Origin: Tubiluchus corallicola
Taxonomy: Eukaryota > Animalia > Priapulida
Length of the DNA: 64,000 bases
Direction of reading: 5' to 3'
NCBI GenBank assembly: GCA_030141605.1
Contig: JAQGDQ010000258.1
Location: 258,000-321,999 of the forward strand
Shown piece by piece: positions 53,801 to 64,000 of the stretch. The notes beneath the pieces were generated by a model, which worked only from the letters and a program-made list of their open reading frames with translations, was not told the DNA's origin and did no database searches. Both the position numbers and the translations under genes were made by a program. Every line of letters starts with the position of its first letter. The first letter of the stretch is position 1.

Positions 53801-54919
53801 AGAAAAGCAGTACGCCAGTTATTATGCAATTAAAAGCAAAATGTTTTTATAAGATTGCTCGAAGCTGATATAATGTAGTCAGCAGTGAATCTAATAGTGT
53901 ACCCTATTGCATACGCCGCTAGCAAATTTACTGCATATGTTATGCAAATGCTAAGCACCGATACGCAGGCTTATTACAAGCTGGGGGTCCAGGCAAAATA
54001 CTAGGCACGCATTTTCTTCTTTTTTTCAGAGAGAAAATATTATAATCAGTTGGACACTTTGTTGCACGTTATTTATGAGGTTTCTAATTGGTATTTGTGA
54101 CTTACCTAGAGCTATGTAATATAAGTACGACGTCAAGTCCCAGAATTGGCCACATATATATCCGCCGACGCTGCACTGTTATCGGTAGAATAACGTGCAG
54201 CAATATGGCAGTTCTATCATATTCAATCTTGGCTTCATTGTGTGCTTGGCTTCACGGAATTCTGTGCCCAATATAATAATCGTGAAAAACTATTAGAATG
54301 CCGATAAATAGTGTTGCAAATCTTAGTCTGTATAAATACTTTGTCTTTTTTGGTAAAACATTATTGAAAGGTAAAATTAAGAGTCTGGCAAAATTAATGA
54401 AAACGATATTGTGAATGTTGATCGTTTTTCATCACCTTAGGCATCCGTCTATTTTAACTAAATAAACAATGCCTTAACTTGTTTTTGTTAAAATTTTCTC
54501 TACAAATAGAGGGATTGTAAATAGCATTTCAAGTAAAGATTTATTATTATTCTGTGCCCAGTATAAACCAAGTTTTAGATTTACTACAGTGTGCAGACTC
54601 TGAACCCAACATTATGCAAACAACATCTGCAACTACAGAAAACGAACTTTCACGGTGCACAACAATAAATTTGCTGCTAGACAGTCTCTTGCTTTTGCAC
54701 CTCTGCTGTTGATTTTGACACTTACGTGGAATAAACTTGACATTGATCATTTAGCGTCTGCAAGTAATATTAACTCATCTGTCCAGGTTGATAAAGAGAT
54801 TTTTGTAATAAGGGCGCATTCTCAAGCATCAGATTCTACTAACCAATAGCCACCATTTGATTACTTGCAAGAACTTGTTACGTATAATGAAGATAACCAA
54901 CTGCAATGTTCTTTTTCAG

Positions 54920-55002
54920 ATGCAGTCAAATTCTCGTGTACCAGGACTTTTTGTTTTCATGATGTGCTTATTATTACCATTAATAACGGCTTCAGAAACA
55001 AG
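54920..55002 (+). CDS. DH31: DH31 precursor coding exon 1 (signal peptide MQSNSRVPGLFVFMMCLLLPLITA-SET)
   Basis: Acceptor ttctttttcag|ATG, a hydrophobic core, and the phase-2 donor AAG|gtgagt. Confidence 0.85.
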
Positions 55003-55757
55003 GTGAGTGTAAATTAACTCTGGGATATTTGTTAGTTCTATGTTTGTTTATGGAAAAATTCCCGGCTGGAGCTCAATTTTTATTCAATGAAACAACGTCA
55101 TTATTTCACATTCTCAATTTATTTTGTTCGAGATAAACTATGTAGAAGCATAAGCAATAAAGTAAGTATGAGAACGCTCAGGAAAAATGAACTAAATTGG
55201 GAATTAAACCCTGAAACGGGTAGGTCATGTTCTGAGGGTTACTGGACAGTTCATTTATCAAAGCTTTCCAAAAATCAATTCAGCCAGACAAAAACCAAAC
55301 AATTTCTTCAGAGAATGGATTTTGTGCAAAAATGCCATGCTTCATTTGAACACTAAGAACAATTGTTCATTTTGGAGATCAAAGAACTGATCTTGTTACG
55401 TGAATGTGGATACCGGACAGTATAGTGCCGGAAAAAATTAAGTAATTAACTAAGAACTTTTCACGAAAAGTTGATCATCACTGAATGAGCAAATGAGTGA
55501 GTGAGTGAGTAAATAAATGATAGAATGTGCAGTTGGCTAAAAGGAATTATCAATTAATTAAATGGTAGATAATTATTAAGAAAATACCAGTGTAAGGGTA
55601 CAAATATGAAGTAAGATACTAGAAATATGGTCATTATTGGTTTCTAATTATTTAAAATTCCCACAATTTAAACAATAGAAAGACACGATGTTTCAGACCG
55701 CCACTGCGCTTCCAACACAGTATCACAGAAAGACATTAAAAGTAATGGAAGGAATAA

Positions 55758-55916
55758 ACAAAACCCCACACAATTTACATACCCTAAGCCTCACCGAACC
55801 CCTAACCATAACCCTGACCCTAATCCTATGACTAATCCCAACAGCTCACCTAACCCTGATCCTAACCATAATTCTAATCCGCTTCTGGAACCAATTTCTT
55901 GTGTGTGGGGGATTGT
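55758..55916. repeat. Degenerate (CCCTAA)n telomere-like array between short inverted repeats (MITE-like)
   Basis: CCTAAC/CCTGAC/CCTAAT hexamers at 55782-55880, flanked by ACAAAACCCCACAC and GTGTGGGGGATTGT. Confidence 0.7.
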
Positions 55917-56182
55917 TAACTTTAGCCAAGCTGATTTACACTTAAAAATGCCACACTGAAAAAAAGGACACAATCACATACTAAAATCACGGGAGGTACA
56001 ATAAATAAACACTGGAAAAGCACAGAACCAGAAAACAGTATCATTGGCCACAATTACTGTAACTGGGAGAGAGACAAAAACTTTTGACATGTCTGTAGCA
56101 AAGATCATTAGTTATATAAGCAGGAAAGAGTCATCCTTGTCACTAAGAATCAATTGTCACCATTGGTTTTGCTTCGTTACAG

Positions 56183-56275
56183 AAATAAGCGTGAAACCGG
56201 TATTTCAGATCCACAGACAACTATCAGAGTCCTTGAAGAACTTATTGACATTATTAAAAGTCAACAAAATGATTT
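56183..56275 (+). CDS. DH31: DH31 precursor coding exon 2 (R-NKR-ETGISDPQTTIRVLEELIDIIKSQQND-L)
   Basis: Acceptor ttttgcttcgttacag| and donor TT|gtaagt define a 93-bp phase 2-2 exon. It encodes an acidic amphipathic spacer like the pro-region of arthropod DH31 precursors. Confidence 0.82.
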
Positions 56276-58906
56276 GTAAGTATTTTTTCTCATAGCGATG
56301 ACTCGGAATTCATCAAGAGCATCAGCTTATAATACTTTGTGTTTCTTGTCGATAGATGGAACCACATATCTTATACAACGAACGTATAAGCTCGGGAAAG
56401 ATTTTATAGCACATTTTTTATCATTTATAGAAATTTTTAGGCCCTAAAGATGGTAGGTAGTAGTATCTGGTGTGACTTTAAGTATTTCATTTTCAAGTAA
56501 TTTGCGAAATTGTGATTTTAAATGCTAGAAAATTAAGTGGAATGAAAAGAGAAATGCTATTAAACGGAAAAAGAAGTTGCAGTGAAAAATTATAACAGCG
56601 AAGCTGTTAAGTAGGTGTTTGTTCAATGGACCAAGTTTCGATACTGTCATTGAAAATGTACGTACGCAGCTTTATGCTATCGTACTTTAAGCTCAAATTC
56701 GATGTGTTATCCCTGGGCTACTAGTTTTTTCATTTGAAATACCACAATAATATACCTTCAGAATAGGGATAAACCTCTACCAAAACGTCAGTTGAAAACA
56801 TTACTCTTTGCCCTTTGATGTGGAAACAAATTCTAATTCTCTTGTGGAATGACGAATTTCATGTTTTCTTGTATAGACTATCTCTTGCTTATTCTTGTAG
56901 ATGGCCAACGTCATACATCATTCTGTCATTTTTCAAAACGCTAAGAACGGATTTAACTAAACAAATTTAGGCAGCATCTATCTGCCGCGAACCCTGCTTC
57001 TAACAAATGTAAATCTAATGGAGCAGTTCTGCATGTTTCTGATTATCCCTCGACTTCAACATTCAAAACGGTTATCTGTATGTGCCCTTTTGCTCATTAG
57101 TAGGTAGGGATTGTGCGCCCAGAAACAAATAATGAGCAAGTTTGTGTTACAAGACACCTCTCAGTCTTGTCATGCGTTTCTCTCTCGTTAAGCCTGATTA
57201 AAGTCTTCTCAGACCCGAATTTGCGGAGATGATCAGTTGATTTCTGTAAAATCTTCAGTAAAAATGGGTTGCAGAATGTATCAGGACATATGTTTCAAAT
57301 GAAGCGCATTTCACCCAGAACAGGACTAACTTAACATGACGGATTTGGTTTCAATGTATTAAATAACTTAATTATTCACTTGTGGAATAAAATGTATAAT
57401 GTTGCTCTTAGTAGAGCGTTTTATATTTGTGCACATAATTATGTTGCTATAGTTTAAGAAGTCGCATTCCTGCAAGGAAAAATTACATTCTATTTTGTGG
57501 TTGTATAAACTCTGATGTTTTATATAAGTCTCCATTTATTAAAACTGGCGAAACCTATTATGTGATGAATTTAAGCTGTAAATTTTTAGGCAAGGAGTTT
57601 TAATATGTATTTTAGATTTTAAATTAGTAATGTATAATCTGTTTTATCAATAATTTTTATGTGTGTTGTAAAAATATGTAATATAGTACTATGTGTACTG
57701 AATTAAGTTAAAATTTAAATTAAATTAAAAAGTATTCATTTGAGTAGTCACAGACATGCAATGTTTACTTTTCTTTTGGTCGTCAGTATAAACCTTCTGC
57801 TAGACAAGAAAAGCATGAATTCGAATTCATACAATATTACTAGTGTGTATATCTTTAATCCACCAAAGAGTTTAAGAATCTTTCGCAAAAGTTGACCTAC
57901 TATGTTTCTGTAATTACTGGAATGTATCAGACTTAAACAACAGCGTCAAAGACCAAAATAAGAACAGAATAAAACTAAATTAGCAAGAATATTGCAAAGT
58001 AAAACAGAAAAAACTGAAATGGTGCACTAAAATGCATAATTAAACAATATGCAATTTCCTGCCTTTTTCACATTTACTTTTTAAATTATGTTAAACAAAC
58101 ATTTTGGAAAAATTTTCTCAAAATTAACTTCGGGCTCTAGATAGCAGCAGAGTAAGCTAATTGGTCTTTCTAATAAAATATTAATGTTTATCGACTTTTT
58201 TCATTCAATTTTGCATTGCCCCGAGTGTCAGCTTTTTCAAAGCTTCCAGAGCAAACAGTGTAAACGTGATTAAATCACGAAAAGCTCATAAAATGTTTGG
58301 TTTAGCAAAAATAACAGAGATAATAGGAATCGGCAGAAACTTGATAATATACAGTTAAATAGCATGTAAACGAGGAAAAGAAGACATCATCATTACAATA
58401 ACTAACAAGTGCTTCGTTCACATCTGTACCACGCTAAAAATTTATCACAAACACAAATCTAGTAGTTGATGCAGAAAAGAGAACAAAATTTATTAGTGCT
58501 TTAAATAATAATTGTGATATGCATCATGTATACATGAAGCGAAGTGAAATTCTATTAGCAGCTTTTGTTAATCTTATAAAGGACGATTTTATCCTCTATA
58601 CCACATTATCAGGAAATCAAGATTAAACAAATCAACTTTCATATGATTATACAAGACATTGTCCATACTTACATGTATGTAAATCTTCAAATTAAAAATT
58701 TAAACTAAATTAATTCAAATTAAATTTTTGAAAAATTGAAAGTGTTAAATAATCTTACAGTGAAACACACGTGTTTTTCTAAATTTGCTATATGAACTAA
58801 CTTAGTATAATGGTACAAATTTTTGATTTTCGTAATGAAATTATTATGTTGTAAATCATATGCCCGTTGTAAATCTGTCGGTAATAAAGTTTAATAATAA
58901 ATGTTA

Positions 58907-58970
<64 letters not shown>

Positions 58971-59165
58971 TTACATTAATATATTAATATTATTATATAT
59001 TACTATTATTATTATTATTATTATTATTATCATTAATAAAGTATATTAATAATAGGAAGAATAACATTATCAACATCAACATTACCTCCATTACTGCCAC
59101 GACTGTCATCATCATCAGGCGCAGCAGCGACAACAGCAACAGCAGCAGCAACGACAACAACAATT
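58907..59165. repeat. (AAT)n then (ATT)n tracts and degenerate CAN trinucleotides
   Basis: Directly visible. Confidence 0.95.
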
Positions 59166-59353
59166 GGCTAAAATTTCGCTTATCATGTAAAATCATAGCT
59201 CATGCACTGTTATTGTGCTAATGCTGTTAACAAAACTGAAGCTTATTGCATAACACGTAAAATATTTAGACCACGGTGTACAACCGTACATTTATACGCA
59301 AATTTTTACAATTGAGGATGTGCACTTAGTTCATTAAAATTTCTGTATTTTAG

Positions 59354-59471
59354 GAGCAAACGAAATGAATTTGGAAGTGGCCTAGCACGGAGTTATTCAG
59401 GAAATCAACTTGCCAAACACCTCCTTGGACTTCAGGCAGCCAATTTTGCAGCCGGACCAGGCCGACGCTAA
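59354..59471 (+). CDS. DH31: DH31 precursor coding exon 3 ([38 protein letters not shown])
   Basis: Acceptor ttctgtattttag|G is phase 2. A KR site precedes the peptide, which matches the arthropod DH31 pattern GL(S/A)RG(F/Y)SGxQxAKHxMGLAAAN(Y/F)AGGP. A Gly amide donor, RR and TAA (59469-59471) follow. Confidence 0.95.
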
Positions 59472-61670
59472 ATTTGTCAAAACAATGACAGAGGAACATA
59501 AATATAGTAAATTCTACTTCATAACCTACGTTAAAAGGATAATTAGTCATTCGCTTTCTACTCACAAAACTAAAGACAGCCATTCAGACAATCAAATTTC
59601 CTTCGGATAATGATGACGTTAATGACGGCGATGATAACAATGACAATGTTGACAACGAAAACGCTGACGACAATGATGGCAGAGTGATCATGGTGAAGGC
59701 TCTTCGTTGTTTATCGATCAAAAAGCAATCTTCATTATTTTAATATCATGAGAGAAACACAAATTACTTTCTCATTTTCGTAAGTCTGCTATCTCTAGGC
59801 ACTATTGCAACGTGCTTTTATGAGGGTTGTAAGCTTATTATGCACTGATCATTGATTCTCTTAATAAGAACTGAAATGTTTCTGCGGTATTTTAGAATCA
59901 TCGTCGTTTGCGTGGTTAAAACACGGCGTGTCCCACATGCTGATGTCAGGGACACTAGTCCTATCCGCCACCACCAACCATTATGCATCATCTTTCAAAT
60001 GTAGAGTTGTACAGTATTTGCTGAATCTTTTTGCAGTACATCTATCTACGTCGGTAGCTGCCCCTCTCGGCTTTTTTATCGTTTCAAAAGCTTTATTAAT
60101 ACCATAGGAACTCGATGAATATAGTGATGAATAAACAAATCAAAATTGCGCGATTACCTACAAAACTTGCTATTTTATTACTTCTTCAATAATAGTTCAT
60201 TAGTTTTAATACTTTTTAGGTAATATGGAGAACTGGCCACTTAAGGACATCATTCAATTTAGCAACGGACAGTGATTCTTCGGTTAATACCATCAGTTAA
60301 ATTTGGAGCAGCACTAAAATAGTGACGCAAGAAATTCATCGACTTGAACCGATAATGTCTCTATATCAGAACTACTGATAAATTAAGAATTATGCATAAA
60401 TTAGAAACTTAGTACAATGTAAAAACAGAAGATTTCTTTTTTTAGACTTATGGCTGAAATCACATTGCTAAGCGAATTAATTTAAATAGATTAAGGTCGG
60501 GAGCATGTCTTCCAATAAAATGTTTATTGAAATATTATGCCTACTACTACGTACTGTTTGCTATGCAGTAAATCGTGGTTGTTGTTGGAAAATGGCAAAA
60601 CGAATTAAACACCATTTCTTCTTTTGTAATTACACACATTGCTGTATATATTGCTTTTCGGTCGTTTTCCTGATTGTTATAATAGCCTAACATTTTGTCA
60701 AACCGCCCAAATTAATTTGCAATCCTGCCCGATAGATGGCACAACGTAACTGCTTATGAGTGCAATGTGCTAACACTGCGCGTGCATAGTGAGTTCACCC
60801 AGTCTGTATCGACTTCAAACTAATTGTCTAGAAAAATGTTTTGTAGTAATTTTTCAATTCATTATTTTGCACAATTTATGTTTTTATTCGCCAATTAATT
60901 ATTTATTTCTGTTAAAACACTAAACCAAACTTTTAACTCATGTTAAATAAAATTTGAATTATTTAGCTTTTTTGTAAGTTTATGTGGTTACTTTTTCGCA
61001 CAAATAAAATTCTCTAAACCGGTTTCACAATGCTAATTGCGAACCATTATGACGTTTCACTTCGTTAGCATTTAGATAAAAAGTTTCAACTGCTATTTAT
61101 TATTAAGCATATTATGTTATAGTTAAAAATCAGTAACTGCTTTTAAGGTAATGCTGTATTTTACAGTGACATCAATGAATACAAGTATTTAATTAATTAC
61201 TTCTATTTAAGTAATTAATTATTTGTGCAATTTAATAAATGCAAGTGAATGTAAGGAAGCCATTATTATCAATTACCATACTTTATTAGATTTCCGTACT
61301 GAACCGGACTGCATGGCAATCTGGATTGCATTCAACGTGCCAACCAGTAATGTGGTAATGCAGTCGATCGTGAGTAGCCTTGCTTTACCGGGCCTGTCTT
61401 AAGGGATAACAGAACATTTCATATTGTGCTGAAATCCATTAAAACATAGTACCTGCAGACAATTGCTTGGAATTTCCACACAGACATATGTATAGTCATT
61501 TATTGCCTATATATGATCATGTCTATATAGACAACCTATCAAGTATTGATTTCTTCACACTAATCAACAATCGATACAATGAATTCAATAAATTTACCGC
61601 TATATGCTGCCGTGAGCGTGCCAAAGGCTTAAAGGATGTGGACAGTTCAACCTACGCTTTTTAGCCTCGC

Positions 61671-61895
61671 ATCGAACAAAAGGTTATTTTGACGGTGTAC
61701 TTCTCCTTTTACATTTTTATTAAAATTCTTCTCATTTTAATTAATTTTCTCTAATTATCATTTCTTTAAATTCACCGCTATCACCTTTCTTCCTTTCCGT
61801 CCGTCTTTTTGCGCTTTTTTCTAGCTACTCCTCTTCTTATTTTGTTTTGTTTCGTTATTCCATATTTGCTCTGTCCCCCTTTTTCTCTTTCTTTA

Positions 61896-61926
<31 letters not shown>

Positions 61927-62103
61927 TTCTGTTGTTATATCGTTAATTGTTTTTGTGTTATTGTCGTGTGTCATAATTCAATGTATTTTTTGTATTAATT
62001 TGTGATGTTTGTATGAACGCTGTAAAGTTTGAAAAAACGTTAAATCAAATCCTTTCTCTCTCTTCCTCTCCTTCTCCCCCTCTCTTTCTTTCTCTCTGTG
62101 TCT

Positions 62104-62200
<97 letters not shown>

Positions 62201-62205
62201 TTCTA
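61671..62205. repeat. Dispersed repeat copy 2 (~380 bp core + CT microsatellite)
   Basis: Direct-orientation copy of 48807-49295. Confidence 0.92.
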
Positions 62206-62789
62206 TCCCGCTCAATAAAAATCCTAATGAAGACAACCAAAGAACATTCTCACTTTAATGGATTTATTGCTGTATTCATAAAGTTATATGATTCACGGTG
62301 TCAACGAAATAAATCATAAGAAACAGCATAAATTACCTGAGCCTGGGCAGCAAAAATATGGACTCATCTACTATTATAAATGTTATGTTATATGTTATTC
62401 ATGTATAATTTTTATATTGTAACCCAAGGAAATAGCTGTGTGTGTGCATGCGTCTATGTGCTGGTGCGCGTACGTGCAATGTCTGTCTTTAGTGATCGAA
62501 GTTAGTTAACACTGAGCCTAGTCAGCAAATTGATGGTGACTACCAGAAAAACTGCTTTTTTCCTGTCATACAACTCCCGAGCATTGACCTTCTCGAGGGA
62601 GGATGTAGGTATATCTGAATGAAGGAAGACAACCCTGTAGATTAAATGTCACATCTGCATGTGGTGTAGTTAGTTTCTTCTTACGTCACAATCGTCTACA
62701 TTAAATAGACCTGCTAATAAATGCCGAACCCCCGGCTTCGGAGTGTCTAATTGCATGAAAGTAACACATTTGTAGATCTGTATTATTTT

Positions 62790-63150
62790 CACAGCAAGAG
62801 CAAGAGCAACAGTAGCAGAGGCAACAACAAAACAACAAGATCGACAACAACAGCGACAACGACTACAACGTTCACAACAACAATGACTACGACAACAAAA
62901 ACAACTACTGGTGTGGGAAGTTCTATCATGGATTGTACCTCGATTTCTCCCTGCAGGATTGTAATATTCTGCAGTGAGTCCTCGAGCAGGATCATCATCA
63001 TCGTCGTCGTCGTTATCGTTATCATCATCGTCATCATCATTATCATCATCGCTATCACTGCCACCATCATCATTGGTGTTGCTGCCACTATTGACAATAT
63101 CGGAGTTGTCATTATTGTCAACATTATCATCAGTTATCATTATCATTATA
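62790..63150. repeat. Degenerate trinucleotide tracts (ACA/ACG, then TCA/TCG)
   Basis: Directly visible. They generate poly-T/I/D/S pseudo-ORFs in several frames. Confidence 0.85.
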
Positions 63151-63839
63151 ATTGTTGTCAGAAGTAGATGATTGTCAACTGCACATTAAGGAGCGGCAGT
63201 AGCAGCAGCACCGTCAACAGTAGCATCTTCACTACGAATATTGGCATAGCAATAATAGTCGCTGTCGCCTTGTTTTTTTGTTGTAGTCATATTGCTGTAA
63301 AATGTAAACTCTTCGCTTATACACGGGCAAACTTTCTATAAACACTGCACAGCTTATACCCTACACATGAAATGTTTCCAAGGTAACTAATATAAGTTTT
63401 TCGGTTAATCTTTTGTTCTTCTTTTCAATGGTCCCAATTTCATGCATCTAGCCTAACTCCTTTAATAACGAAAAAACTCTCAGTAAACTGGGTGAACGAA
63501 ATGTACTTTGCGTATTTTGAAAACTTCAAGGTTAACGCTAATCAATTTCTTACCAAAATCTGATTAACTTGTAACCACGTGGTGTCACCAAATCTAACCT
63601 GACTAACCTTGAACTTTCAGATAAGCTCGCGTGATAAAGATGCATGCCGTTTAGCTTTACATTGTATTTATCAAAAAGTAACACACGCTTTTAGTTTAAA
63701 ATTGGAACGTCACCTTTTGATCAAATGGCTCACATATTTAACACTCTTGGTTTGTTTTTAAAAATGACTGCATGAAAAAGAAAAGATTAAAGTTGCCGTT
63801 TTTTTCTCGTAAAAAGTGAAATATTTTTATGGGAAATGT

Positions 63840-64000
63840 TTCTTCTCCTCCTCACCTCTTCTTTCATTTTCTTTTTTTTGCTTCCTTCCTTCCTTTCCTT
63901 TCCTTTCTTTGCTTTTTTCATTTCCTTTCTTTCCTTTCGCCTCCTTTCGTTTCGTTTCGTTTCTTCTGTTTCTGTTTTGTTTTTTATTTTACTTTGCCGT
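63840..64000. repeat. Pyrimidine-rich low-complexity tract (TTTCC/TTTCG)
   Basis: Directly visible. Confidence 0.8.

Noticed and set aside
56044-56295. 83-aa ORF
   Set aside because: It overlaps DH31 exon 2 in a different frame.
59350-59610. ORF-track entries 59350-59583(-) and 59410-59610(+)
   Set aside because: They are alternative-frame shadows of the real DH31 exon.
61290-61370. Possible second peptide exon downstream of DH31 (calcitonin/CGRP-style)
   Set aside because: The phase-2 reading hits a stop within four codons, and the other frames show no dibasic or amidation pattern.
62670-63171. Poly-D/T/I/S ORFs
   Set aside because: Degenerate trinucleotide repeats open in several frames.

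Overview
AT-rich, repeat-laden animal (protostome invertebrate) genomic DNA. Three host genes can be read. (1) An intronless BCAS2/SPF27 splicing-factor CDS (+, 5106-5765). (2) A three-exon minus-strand gene (27051>27021, 17620>17402, 13701>10271; 1226 aa) encoding a signal peptide, one six-cysteine chitin-binding type-2 (CBM14/peritrophin-A) domain and a ~1140-aa Cys-free disordered tail. (3) A three-coding-exon plus-strand neuropeptide gene that the ORF track does not show (54920-55002, 56183-56275, 59354-59471). It encodes a 97-aa DH31 (calcitonin-like diuretic hormone) precursor with an atypical 32-residue amidated peptide. The rest is intronic or intergenic. It includes a frameshifted CR1/L2-group LINE with a variant 2A-like motif (GGIETNPGP) and a (GT)n tail, a composite non-autonomous Helitron, hAT-like and foldback MITEs, tRNA-derived SINE-like heads, minisatellites and long microsatellites. 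All gene models were assembled by eye from splice signals and frame consistency, without expression data or database searches.
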